A stretch of DNA of 61,935 nucleotides, counting the filler, from Sphacelaria rigidula (taxonomy: Eukaryota): the NCBI GenBank assembly GCA_964200075.2. It is 11 parts of 11 records of this genome, joined end to end, with 100 filler letters (N's around TTAATTAATTAA, not from the genome) between each part and the next. Parts side by side here need not be neighbours in the genome. Positions count along the whole stretch, not along the records: positions 33,841 to 39,379 come from CAXNAA020026510.1; positions 39,480 to 45,018 come from CAXNAA020026511.1; positions 45,119 to 50,657 come from CAXNAA020026512.1; 8 more parts are not named here. One strand, given 5' to 3'. Within the stretch, counting starts at the first letter, position 1. Every line of letters starts with the position of its first letter. Positions 36,270 to 48,112 of the stretch are shown here, one piece after another. The notes below the pieces were generated by a model, which saw only the letters and a list, made by a program, of their open reading frames with translations, was not told where the DNA came from and did not search any database. Position numbers and translations under genes: made by a program.

Positions 36270-39200
36270 AGGGCTGTATACGGCAACAGAACGAACAGGC
36301 ACGGTAGGAACCTTCACCCAGCGAGGCAACAAATCTCCCCATCAATTGCGCTCTCCAGGAATGTGTTCAATGGCATACCGATTTCGGCTTAGTTCTCCTT
36401 TCCAACTTTCAAGCCGTTGTGCCATGGCCTTCGTCACCGATGTGACACACTCTTCGGGGTTAAAAATGTACTCAAGATTGCGATGATCGGTGAAAATGCG
36501 AACAGCATCCCAAAGCAAGTACTCTAGCCTTCGAAATGTATTGCCTATCGCGAAACCCTTCTTGTCAACTATCTCTCACCGCAACTGTAAACCCTTAAAA
36601 CTACCACTCAGAAAAGCCAGCGGTTCGTGTGACATGTTTTCAAGCGCAAGGGTGCTTTTAAACTCTGCGACAGGCACTTGCGTAAAAAAAGTACCCCCGT
36701 GAAACTCCGAAGCATCTGGAAACATGAGAGCAACGCACCCTGGACGAGAATGATACAGCGGCACCGCCCGCGCCACCAAATCTTGCCCAGAACGCCATGC
36801 CCGCACACGATCATGCGCCCAAGCGTCCCCCGGAATGGTATGATTACGCGCCACTCGCTTGGTCCAACGCGAAGCTTCGGCCATGAGTTGTTCCAGAACT
36901 ACTCGGAGCGGAGCAACCAATTCACCGCCTGCAGAAACTGCATCAGCTCACTAGCGGTTTGAGGACGTCGCATATTGCTCAAAACTTGAATACGGACGGG
37001 GTCATGCGAAACAGCACCCTTGGAGTACACCCTACCACACCAAACCACTTCGCGGGCGAAAAAAGTACACTCATGCGCAGCGACGAACGGACCAACACTC
37101 TCCATGCGGCCAAAATATTCGTCAAGCAAGGCTAACAGTGCTCCTTCGGTTTCAGCAAAGTAGAAAACGTCATCCATCCACACTTTACAATCTAGACCTC
37201 GCAAAATGTCAGGCAGCACGCGTTGGAAATACGTCGTGGCGTTCAACACGCCCTGCGGGACACAAGTAGGCGTAAACAAACGCGTGACAATAGTCAAGAT
37301 TCCCTGAGCCTTCAGCGCCAGAGGCATCTGCCAATATCCCTGTAGCAGGTCCACCCTACCAAAGCATTGTGCTCCCAGCAACTCCCGCATGCCTTCTTGG
37401 CTTGGCATCACCCCCGCAGACTGCTCCACTTGCGCGTTCACCGCCTGATAGTCGTTGGCCACACGGAATGTGTTCTTTTTTGGCACTGTCATCGCCGGAC
37501 TCGCCCACACAGCCTGGATATTCCTCACCACCAAACCAAACGCCACCAAAGCTGAGATGCATGAGGCAAGCCACCCGGTCTTCACCAAATGGTACCGTCT
37601 GGGCTTGGCCTTCACCGCATCTGTCTGGGGCTTGAGCTGCACGCTCATGGGCTCTACGCGCGCTGGCGGATCACCGCGCAGCGCACGGCGAAATGTCTCT
37701 ACGCGACGAGCCAAAATATCACGCAGAAAATGTGCGCCATTGGCGCTCAGGCCCTTCTGCTCGGCCTGCCGCACACTATATCCTCAAGCGCAAGTTCTCG
37801 TGCACCTCTCTCCTCTGCTGGGTCCATGAACGTGTCCGGCCCCCGATCGACCAAGCGCTCCACCGCTTCATCAGCAGGAGCCTCCTCCTCATTGGCGCTC
37901 TGGAATTACCGTATGGATACGATCACACGCCTTGCAGCAAGAGAGGTGTGATTTTTCACGCTGGTTTGCACCGGTACAGCACGCGGACGTAACTTATCCA
38001 ACGCCAGCGGATTCAAACCAATCCCGAGCTCCTTCATTGTCGCCATCTCAAATAGAACACGTTGTCCCTACCGGGCATGATAGTGAAAGCAATGGGAAAG
38101 TAATGGGCTAAAACTGCACAGCCCCCCACGGCGTACGCACGCTAACAGTAATCGGCACCGGTTTGTCTGTGACCGTCACGAGAGCACCCGTGGCGGTCTG
38201 CACCATTTGCGGTCCGTTTCCAAATGGAATCTGAAGCTGAGCGCCGCCAAACTGCGAAGACATCTGTTCTAGCAACCCCGCACTGATCGACATGAGCGCG
38301 GATCTAGAACCCAGAATAACGCGGGCCATGAAGGAACCTACAGAACCAGGCAAGACTAAATCTGCGCGTCAGCATTCAGCCTTGCGATCGACAGGTATCA
38401 CGCCTGCCGAAGAACCCTGTTCTGTACTAAGAGTCACCTGACGCCAGGGCTGCCCTTCAGCACTTGGCATCGATAGCTGCGAATCGTCGGTCCAACCAGA
38501 CCAAGTCTACGAATATACAGGCGGCGCTGTTACAGCTGTCGCAGCAGTAGGGAGTGCACCAGATACGGATCCTGCCTGGCCGAGGGGTTGCGAGCTATTC
38601 GCTCCAGCACTCCCCACCGAAGTATTTGCATTTCCCACGTGCACTGTCCGCCCCACTACGGACAAACCAGAAGATCCAGAGTCACCACCTGATGACGTAG
38701 TAGAAGAAACAGCAGCGGTGGAACCACCATCCGCGGCCGATTGCTTGCTACCGCGGCTGCCACGCCCGCGTCCCTGATTGGCACGGCCCCGTCCACTGTG
38801 GCGACCGCCCCGAGATCCTGATGAATCTCGCGCATTGCCCTGTGCAGCGCCTCAAGCGCGAGGCTTGGGGCAATCCTTGATCATATGTCCGATGTCGCCG
38901 CAGTTGTAACACGTGCGAGTGGACGACGCTCGCGAAGGCAGCTGCTATTTCTGTTACTGTTGGTGTTTGCGGCGCATACCACCTGCACTCGTTGCAGAAT
39001 CGCGCCGGCTATATGCTTCAATGAACTTTCACTGGTCGGCCGCCTCAAATAGGTTTTTGAACACCAACGTCGGGTTCTTTTTTCAGCCGTCAACATACGT
39101 TAGTACACTTCTAACATACGCCTTGAATTGCGGAGGCGAAATCCCGTCCACCAAAGCTATGGAAACCGACTCGGCCGGGCCTGGCAACAAACTCCGTCCT

Positions 39201-39379
39201 CCGCACGGTACATGGCTTATACCGTCAGGTATTCTGAGAAACACCTTTCCATAGCTGAACTGACCATAACCGCACGGTCTTTTACAGGTTTCCCACTGCT
39301 TTGTGGCATAAAACAGGGTTGCCAGAAAAATGAGAACGTATTTTGAAATGAGAATCAACCGCTCCCCAGGATTGTGTCC
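36270..39379 (-). mobile_element. Degenerate Ty3/gypsy internal region (gag zinc knuckle, PR, RT, RNase H), related to 7643-11180
   Basis: CYNCGDIGHMIKDC knuckle near 38865-38910; FRRALRGDPPARV shared with the contig-2 element; VDLLQGYWQ, PQGVLNATTYFQ, VWMDDV; FPDASEFH, IFTDHRNL. Confidence 0.93.
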
Positions 39380-39574
39380 NNNNNNNNNNNNNNNNNNNNN
39401 NNNNNNNNNNNNNNNNNNNNNNNTTAATTAATTAANNNNNNNNNNNNNNNNNNNNNNNNNNNNNNNNNNNNNNNNNNNNGTCAGGGAAAGCACGGCTTTT
39501 GAGTTGAACCTCATTTTGTTTTTCAACCCCATTTTCGAAAATCGGCTGTTATCTGTGTATTGATGTAGTAGCTA

Positions 39575-39910
39575 GCAGCTGTTGGTGCTGCGGCAGTACT
39601 TTTTGGTTGTTTTTCCGGTCTTGTTTATCGGTGGGACGACTACGGAATGGTGGTGGTGAAAATATTGGGGGGGTCAAGGCACACACGGGTGGCCACTGGG
39701 GTGCCTGCAACCTCAAATTTGGACGTTACAGATGATCTTGCTGTGCTTGTTGTGGTGCTGCGGCAGTACTTTTTTTATTGTTTTTCCCGTCTTGTTTGTC
39801 GGTGGGACGACTACGGAATGGTGGTAGTAAAAATATTGCGGAGGTCGAGGCAAACACGGGTGGCCACTGGGGTGCCTGCAACCTCAAATTTGGACGTTAC
39901 AGATCTTGTG
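39575..39910 (+). repeat. ~170-bp direct duplication (2 copies)
   Basis: GGTGCTGCGGCAGTAC...GGACGTTACAGAT occurs twice. Confidence 0.85.
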
Positions 39911-39967
39911 CAATGAGGTCTGTAACGTCCAAATTTGAGGTTGCAGGCACCCCAGTGGCCACCCGTG
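39855..39967. repeat. Perfect 49-bp inverted repeat with 15-nt spacer (mini-MITE / hairpin)
   Basis: 39855-39903 is the exact reverse complement of 39919-39967; CAC...GTG ends. Confidence 0.9.
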
Positions 39968-40084
39968 CAGGGTTTTTTTGCTGTGCGTTATCATCTTGGT
40001 TCACTCGACCGTCTGGCTGAGGATCTTCTTCTGTACAATTATTGTTGGCAGCTCTGCCTAATATGCTTCCCAGGGTTTGCGTCT

Positions 40085-40892
40085 TTTCAAAGGCAATAAA
40101 TTATAATGCCGAAGCCATCGTCCGACAACGACGACTACTGCTGTTCGCGCGGGAGCCCTGGCTAGACCACCGGACAGACGATTACCGAAGCGAACAGCAT
40201 TCATTCGGAACACTAGTCGAGGGGGAGAATCCAGGACAAGGGTGTCCGGAACAAAACTGGTTGAATTGCCCGAGGGGCGATCTTCACGCTCTAGGAGCCA
40301 CAGACGGCTCCACGGACGACAACCGCTAGACGTTCGGAATTTACCGCGTCCTATGGCCCTGAGCAGCGAATTAGGAAGGGGGGTTTGCCGTGGCACGCGG
40401 GAGTGCTGCAGGGAGCGGAGAGGTTCATGATCTCATGACACAGAAAAATAAAGAGGAGGCCAGCCGACTGCGTGCGATTAGACGGGAGACCAACGAAGCC
40501 CACGTAACACAGCATTTACGACGGTCCAGAGAATGGGGGGGGGGGGGGGTGAACCCCCCAATGAGGGATGTCGTTATGTCATGCCGTGCTTTGCTTGATA
40601 CACCTGGTACGCTTGTACGAATGGCTATCGCTTGAGAGGTCGAAAGATGGAACCTTGCGATTCTTGATTCTTTGGTTAGTGGTAATTGGGGCCTTGAGTC
40701 TCGCTGTAGTCGAACCCTACGTTCATTTCTACTTGGCATCGCGCGTCGAGTTGGAAAGCCGGGCGCCACCCTCCTGAAGTCCGAACGGCCACCTGCGCAC
40801 CGTATCTTCTGAGGTTAGCCACATGTGTTCTCTCTCTTCTTTATTACTTCTTTTTGTTTCGCTTGTATCGCGTTTTGTGAGTTTTTAATCTA
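40085..40892 (+). mobile_element. RTE-like LINE 3' fragment
   Basis: Across frameshifts: AIVRQRRLLF-AGALARPPDRRLPKR-FGTLVEGENPGQGCPEQNWLNC..DL, matching the RTE ORF C-terminal pattern; the 3' end recurs at 851-1000. Confidence 0.7.
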
Positions 40893-41707
40893 CAGCAGCA
40901 GTAGGCGGTCTAAATATTCAGTTTATGACATTTTTTTTGTGATTTTTTCGTAATTGGCGATTTTCTCGGACTCTTTTCGCTTGCCATCGCTCATCACATC
41001 GGGGATCTGAAGATAACTCTATCCGCTCCACATTCCGAGAAGAAAAAAACATCTGTACTCAATACTATTGGGTAAGTCACGGGCTGACCAGTCATCGGGG
41101 GTCCTGCCACGTTTCAGCCCAGATTCTTACCCTCTTGTATTTTCGGTCGATTGAGCCTGTCCCGACCATATTTGTCGAGAAATGTACAGTTCTTTCAGAA
41201 ATTCTGCCTACTCATTGCACTACAACAGCCGAAAAACTGTATTTCACGGTCAATACCACCTTTGAGATAAACGGGGTATTTACTCGTTTCGCCCGATAAC
41301 ACCAACTGGCACTGATTTGGACACTGTGTTTCGAGGATGACCTGTTTATCGTACCATAATCTACCGACGCTAGCAATTTCGAGTTTTTTTATCGAAGAGT
41401 AGTAGGCGAGGAAATGCACAAAACACCCGTCAAAAGTTATACCGCCCACTACTGTAGGTATATTCTGCTTTTTTGGGTTTGTTCGTTTTCCCCATACCTT
41501 ATTACGGGTAGCTAGCCTGTGACCAGGGAAGGCGTCCGCATCAGATGCTCGGTACGAGTACGAATGTACCGCGTAGATATCGGACCGGTTGTTCAATGTT
41601 AAGACAACAACAACAACAACAAAAACAACAACAACAGTGGGGACTGTCTGTAGTTAGTTGATGTGTGAAAGTTGATGCAGCAGATCGACCAGTAGTGTTT
41701 GAATTAA

Positions 41708-41804
41708 CCCTTAGACGGCGAGGTTGATCTTTTTGGATTATGCATACTTTTTTCACTTAAAATTGATGCCGATTCAACAGAAGACTAACCTCGCGGTCTA
41801 AGGG
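41708..41804. mobile_element. ~97-bp piggyBac-type MITE; relatives at 42449-42547, ~35280-35385, ~17760-17850
   Basis: TTAA|CCCTTAGACGGCGAGGTT ... AACCTCGCGGTCTAAGGG (17/18); shared core AAAATTGATGCCGATTCA. Confidence 0.8.
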
Positions 41805-41805
41805 T

Positions 41806-42790
41806 ATCTCCCAGAGGGGATGAAATTCTGGAGAAAAAATGACTCTCGTCATAGGTTCGTGACGCGGTTTGTTGTCTACTCTGAGCTGTCGTTCTGAGAA
41901 TTTACTCTTCGAAAAGACGGGCAGGAAAAGTGCATGCGGATAGCCTCTCGCGAGCAGTGGTGCGTGGAACATCTTACACATATCTCGGTATGTATGCTGC
42001 GTGCTCATCGGAAATTGTAGCCAAGTATCTCAAGAGCTCGCCCGTGATAAACGCAGCTTTGCTGTGTTCAGGGTGGGCGGAGTCGAACGGCATGTATGTT
42101 GTGTAACCGTACAGATTAAGGGCTTTCTGGTGGGTCCTGAAATTAAGTATTCCCCTGGGTCCCCAACGGTTTCCCTTGAATATTGTAAGATCCAGGAAAT
42201 CTTTGGAGCGTGGAGAGGATTCGTTGGTAACCACTCAAGAAGGATCTTGGTAGATTTTGGAAATCAGTCTTTTCGAATCATCAGGATCCAGATTCACGAG
42301 AGCCACGATATCGTCGATGTATCTTTTAAAGTACACGACCTCGTTGTGCTCTCGTAGGAATTGATTCTCCAGTATGGCTAGAGTTATCTTCGCGAGGGTG
42401 GGTGCGCTGGGAAGGTCTTGCCGTCTAACTGAGTATAACCCGTTTCAGCCCTTTGACCACGAGGGTTGGTCACCTGCTGAATCGGCATCAATTTTCACTT
42501 GAAAAAAGTATCCATGGACCAGATGGACTGCCCTCGCGGTCTAGGGGTGAAAAACTAATTCCACGACTCATCGTTTCACGAAGGAAAAAGGTTGTCGTCT
42601 GGGCACGTGTTTTTGTAATGATTTTTTGCCGCGATCTTCGTGAGCTCCATGACCTTTTGGATCGGGAGGGATGGATACAGGCTTGTGACATCGGCTGTCA
42701 CTAGCGTCAGGCTGCTGTCGTATTCTCTCTTTCCTAGATCTTGAACGAGCGACCTGCTGTCTTTCAATACCGTGTTGAAGACGTCGGCGG
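41806..42790 (-). mobile_element. Degenerate Penelope-like element reverse transcriptase, interrupted by a MITE at 42449-42547
   Basis: LVTADVTSLYPSLP, APTLAKITLAILE, YFKRYIDDIV, DFLDLTIFK, MPFDSAHPEHSKAAFITGELLRY and LLARGYP appear in the expected order. Confidence 0.85.
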
Positions 42791-43001
42791 TAAGTTGAAG
42801 CCAATGGCGGAGTAGAGAGCTCTACCCGAATTTTGAATTTTCACATTATGGAAAGAAAGATTCAAAGATTCAGCCCTTATGTACAACTTCGTACTTGTGT
42901 ACATGCATGTATATCTGGACCACATAAAATTCCGAGAGTCACCAACCATTCATTACAGAATGAAACGAAAGTACACCACATCGCACCGGCGCCACACTCA
43001 C

Positions 43002-43384
43002 GGAGAGAAATTGCCCAAAGGCCTGAACTGCAATTTGATGACACTGTTGAGCCCCTTGAGAATGCTCTGCGCCGGCGAGGGTGACGTAGTCGATCCATAT
43101 TCCGTCGCCTTGCCTTCGCTGTTCTTCCACACAGCCTCGTAGATTCCACCGAGGGCCGCAGCAATCACCGGAAACAGTAGTAGAAACAGAGCGCGCTGGT
43201 TGTGAGAGGTGCTCATGTTTGCCTCCGAGGTTATGTCATAATCGAGCTCATCGTTCGCGAAAAACCGCTCACGGTACCACTTGCCGCGGGTCATCGCGAG
43301 GTAGAACAGACTGTAGAGGAGCACCGCGCAAGCCAAGAAGCGTAAGCTCATGAGACTAACGCTGGTTGCGGTTGGTCGGCCCAT
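43002..43384 (-). CDS. FRO: First exon of a plant-FRO-like ferric-chelate reductase (N-terminal membrane region)
   Basis: ATCATGG start; two hydrophobic helices; RFLACAVLL...AM...WYRERF, LFLLLFPVIAAALGGIY and RPLGNFS parallel the N-terminus of plant FRO2-type proteins as recalled. The apparent TGA is part of a GTGAGT donor (42996-43001). Catalytic domains are not in the contig. Confidence 0.65.
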
Positions 43385-43667
43385 GATTGATGCCTTGAGT
43401 GGCTAGATTGCCTACCAATGTGTGTGCGTGTGGGGAGGCGGTGTTAGAGAAGTGGAGCGTCCATTGCCGGGTATCGGTGTATCTCTAGCGCCACGGGGGG
43501 GGCTAGTTGAATTATTTTGCGGCACAACAGTTATTGGGCACGCGCTCCGCACCCCAGACGCACGCGCTGGTGTGTGCCACTGGTTTCACCAAATAAATAT
43601 ATCCAAAACTCCACGCCCCCCCATGCCCTCCTCTCACTTCAGAAGTATACATCCAACATCATTAAAC
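43385..43667. promoter_or_regulatory. Candidate bidirectional promoter between the FRO-like and FEA1-like genes
   Basis: 283 bp between divergent ATGs; GCACGCGCT twice (43538, 43560); GGCAC/GTGCC at 43521, 43537, 43574; AT-rich box at 43591-43602. Confidence 0.55.
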
Positions 43668-43894
43668 ATGGCATCTCGAGCGTTATCGATGATGCTGTTG
43701 GCGGCTACTTACCCGAACTACTCAGAGTCGACATCTCCAGTTTTCGACCCCATCGCTGGGTGGACGCCAGTGTCCGATGTTGTGGAGCACTCGAAGCTCG
43801 ACCTCGACACGCTAGCGATGGAGGCTAACGCCGATAATCAAACCGACGCAGGGTTCTTGGCTGCGTATGAAGCATACTCACTCGGGGGAAACAG
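43668..43894 (+). CDS. FEA1: First exon of a FEA1-like low-iron-inducible secreted/periplasmic protein
   Basis: AAACATGG start; signal-peptide-like N-terminus; IAGWTPVSDVVEHSKLDLDTLAMEA...FLAAYEAYSLGGN. The phase-2 donor (AG|GTGTGA) can complete the family G(G/K)NS motif. Confidence 0.78.
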
Positions 43895-44231
43895 GTGTGA
43901 CAGACGACAGAGATAGAATGTCGATGGCAGTTGCATGCACGAATAGTGCAGGTACGCCGTATGATATGTGTGCACCTCCTGTATGATATTCTCGCCTCTG
44001 CAAGTTTTAATTTTGTGCGCCGTCATGACTTTTGGATCCATTCCAGTTCATTCGCGGACTTTTTCATGCGGGGCTGCTTTGAAAAAATGAGGATGCTGCA
44101 CAGCACGCGATTTTTTTCCGGGGCTTGAGGAAAGCGATTCGTTTTTCTCTTCTCAGAAGTCGTGTGGTGTGAATCCGCACCTTGTTCGTCGGTAAAAGTA
44201 CAACCCTGCGGTTGTTGGAAAAAAATACGTA

Positions 44232-44552
44232 CAACAGTGTTTTCGTGAGATTGAGAGTAGTAGTAGATGATACGATTGAGAGTGGCTTTGATCGTTCGCT
44301 TTAAGTGAGTCATTTTCTTATTCCACGTTTGCTTTTCTTCACCTCCATCACTTGCGTGTGCTTACAGCTACACGTCGATATCCTCGATATCCTACCCAGG
44401 GATATCAAGGGCGTCAATGGCCAGCTATTCCAGAAAGCATGTTGGGCCTCGTGGAAGCGCATTTCGGGACTGAAACGATTCATTCATCACTGATTGACCG
44501 CTTTTCACTCTCAATCGTATCATTTACTCTCAATCTGACGAAAACACCGTTA
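44232..44552. mobile_element. TA-flanked MITE, ~320 bp; partial copies 44957-45018 and ~45230-45500
   Basis: TA|CAACAGTGTTTTCGTGAGATTGAGAG ... CTCTCAATCTGACGAAAACACCGTTA|TA. Confidence 0.8.
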
Positions 44553-45583
44553 TACGGGGTACACTCGTGGACAACAGACATTGTCCTCCAAACGAGTCAT
44601 TTTGTTTTCGCAAAGACACACCACTCGTGGGAGAGGTGGGGACATCGGATTCGTGGCGCGAATTAATTGCGGGTGTTCACCTTCTTTTTCACGTTCTCAC
44701 TCGCTGGCACGGGAAAAGAGGCACGCGTTAAGTTGCAAATGTTGCCGACAGCCGATAGGGGCTCGAACCCCAGACGGTGGCCCTAAAAAGTACGAACGGT
44801 CAGAATACAGCGTTTTGACCACGGGAACTTGTTGGTGGAGAACGTGACAAACTCCTTGCTCTTGAAACGGAAATGAAAAGGCCTCATTCCAGGTAGATAT
44901 ACTTGAGGTTACGAAAGAACACAAAATAAACAGAAAATCAACTGTAGCCCGGCTCCTAACAGTGTTTTCGTGAGATTGAGAGTAGATGATACGATTGAGA
45001 GTGAAAAGCGGTCCATCANNNNNNNNNNNNNNNNNNNNNNNNNNNNNNNNNNNNNNNNNNNNTTAATTAATTAANNNNNNNNNNNNNNNNNNNNNNNNNN
45101 NNNNNNNNNNNNNNNNNNTACCTCTGTGCCAACTTTCAGGCCGGTTCGTTCAGACACGGCGGAGAAATCCGCAAGCAAAATAGCGCGCTTGACTTGGCCT
45201 GAAAATACAGTACTAAACCGTCGAAAGATACATGAGGTGCGTTCTCGTATGATTCTCCCTGTTAGTGAATGGATCGTTTCACTTCCGGAATACCCCCCAT
45301 TATGCCCGATACGCTTTTTGTAGTAGCTTGCCACTGAAGCCCGTGATACCCATGAGTAGGATATCGACGTGTAGCTGTAAGCACACGCCAGTGATAGAGG
45401 CAAAAAAAAGTACACACGGAATGAGAAAGTGGCCAAGGTAAAGCGAATAATAAACCCACTCTCAATTAACGCTCTGCTCTCAGTCTCACGAAAAAATGGT
45501 TCCATGCTCCTCCCTCCTAGTTTTGGGTATTGCGTTGCAGGGACGAGCGGGGTGTCGGGTGCAGAGCTTTAACAGCCGGTCTT

Positions 45584-45868
45584 GAGGATGGAGCTTTTCA
45601 TTGAGGATAATAACCCGGAAAAGTGAAAACCTTTGTATCCACATCAATTAATTTCTCGAAATATGATTCCATTCCTCCATCTGCAGTAACCCGGAGAATC
45701 ACAAACTCTGTATATTATCTAGACTATACAAGTTTTCGGAATATACTTCCATTCCTCCATCTGTACCGCGTGAATGGAGGAATGGAAGTATATTCCGAAA
45801 AATTGATGTGGATATGAGGAAGTTTTTACTTTTCTGGGTTATTATTCTCAATGAAAAGCTACATCCTC
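45584..45868. mobile_element. Foldback MITE with long TIRs and an internal hairpin
   Basis: GAGGATGGAGCTTTTCATTGAGGATAATAACCC / GGGTTATTATTCTCAATGAAAAGCTACATCCTC; internal TTTTCGGAATATACTTCCATTCCTCCAT inverted repeat. Confidence 0.8.
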
Positions 45869-46809
45869 GATTTTGATGACCGACTGTTTTTTTTCCTTCC
45901 GGCAGCCTATCTACGTTGACTTCCACGCTATGGCTCACGGCGGAGAGTCTTCACATGGACAGAGTAGTCTGATGCCTCGTCGATTTGTCTATACTGGCTT
46001 GAAGTTTCGAACAGCAGTTGTCTAAGCAACGACTAGCACAATTTCCTATCAAGTATTAACATTGGTACCACCAGTCACTCTGCTGTCCGTTTGACAGGTA
46101 AGTGTTGAACGGGTGCAGAGGTGTGAGATTGAACCTTGCCGTCCCTGGCACTGGGTGTGTTTGAGCGTATTGATCCCCCATCACACACGAAACACACAGC
46201 AAAAGCACCTCATTCACCTGCGCTTTATTGATTTGGGGTCGTTTTCCTTTGCTCATTTGATGCAACAGGTTTTCAGTGAATCACTTCGACAGAATGGGCA
46301 AGGGTTTGACCTTCTTTCAAATCTGAAAATATTGCCATATATTCAACAACCGCTTGTTTTTGTAGTTACTGCTCTCCAGCTCTAGTCTGCATACGCATCA
46401 TACCGACTTCGATGGCAACATAGCTTCAGAGACATACAAACAGCCGATTCTGATTTTTGGAGTTGAACGCTAAAATGGGTTTCAAGTGGCATTTCTTTTT
46501 TGTAGGAACGGCGCGAAACAGTTACACTGAGGGAAACAATTTCCCCCCCCCCCCCGAACTTTTGCAGCAGTTAAGCAGTTGTGGCTAGGTGCACCGAACG
46601 AATGCGAGATACACGCGTGACGATGACGATGCCACCAGAGCAGTAACGGCCGAGAGGAAGCTTCTCGCCCGTGTCATTTTTGTGCCCTCGCTCGGCGATT
46701 ACCAATCGCTCCAAAGACTGGCACCATGCATGCCACCAGCATGTACCCAATTCCCCATGTGCCGGTAGGCAGGTTATACGGCTGCACAGCTCCCCCAAAA
46801 ACATCGAGG

Positions 46810-47335
46810 CACATGTATGCGCGGAGGACGTGGGAACCTAATACGGACAGAAAGCCAACATACGAGAGCTAAAGGAAATAGGCGGGGTAGGAAGCTGTAC
46901 AAATGGAGAATCGATAAACTAGATATGATAGGAAAACGGCAAGAGTTACAAGAAGAGATGGCCAAAAGTGCAGTGGAAATTTCCGAGCTGTTGGAACGCG
47001 AAGGTACAGTTAATACCGAAATGAAAAAAAGATCAGGCATTAGCGAAGATTGTAGAAGAATAGGAGCAGCTGGTCAAGAGCACAGCGAGTAAAGTCATGG
47101 GAAGGAAACTGATAGTATGTAGCAGAGCAGTAAAATCGTGGGATGAGGGAGTCAGAGAGGCTATCAGAGTAAGGAGAGAGGCCCACGCGAGATGGGTGTC
47201 GAGCGAAAGTGCGGTAGGACGGGAGCAGTATTCCCAAGCTCGAAGGAAGTAAAAAAGATGGTACAGAAGAAAAAGCAGGAAGCTCGGGAAGGTGTAGTGA
47301 GAGAAACAAATGAAGATTTCGATGGCGGGATACGA
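46810..47335 (+). mobile_element. Internal fragment of LINE family A (APE-RT linker)
   Basis: HVCAEDVG...KLYKWRIDKLDM matches 55760-56205. Confidence 0.85.
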
Positions 47336-47829
47336 CAAGTGTGCACACCCTGGACAATAGAAGGCATCTATCGCTGTAGCAATAGAATTCACCGTAATAG
47401 ACGAGTATATTCTCGATCGTAATGGCTATCAACGATGAAACTTCTCCGTCCATTGCCCTGACCATGTGTATTGACACAAGAAATTAAAATCCATTCCTGG
47501 TGACCATGTATATCGATGGAACGTTTCGAAAATTCATTGTCACAGACCATTTATATTGATGGAAATTTACGGAATCTATGGCGAAGGACCATGTGTATTG
47601 ACATGAACTTTTCATTGTCCATTTCCATGCACGATGTGTATCGGTGACATGAACCAAAATTTATCGTTACCGACCAGTGCCCATCGGTGTAATATTTCAC
47701 ACATCATTGCCAGTAAAGATATATATCGATGAAAGCATCACCCAGTACGTTGTTTCCAGCAATGGATATGGACAAATATATGTTGCAGTCATTGTTCTCC
47801 CTAATAGATATCGATACACCTTGTGTGGA

Positions 47830-48112
47830 TTCTTTGGATGTGAACATTGCGCCCTACAGGGTGGGTGTCAATAATATGTACATGTTCCCATCGACGGCAG
47901 ACAAAAATGCTCCCCGCAATGGATATCCATCTATCCTCTTGTGTACAATCTTTGGATGTGAACATCGCGCCCTGGGAGTCAATAATATGTACATGTGCCC
48001 ATCGACGGCAGACAAAAATGCTCCCCGCAATGGATATCCATCTATCCTCTTGTGTACAATCTTTGGATGTGAACATCGCGCCCTGGGAGTCAATAATATG
48101 TACATGTGCCCA
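47830..48112 (+). repeat. 111-bp tandem repeat (~2.5 copies)
   Basis: CTTTGGATGTGAACATCGCGCCC at 47950 and 48061; the units are near-identical. Confidence 0.9.

Noticed and set aside
42998..43000. Premature stop making the FRO-like ORF a pseudogene
   Set aside because: The TGA lies within a canonical GTGAGT splice donor.
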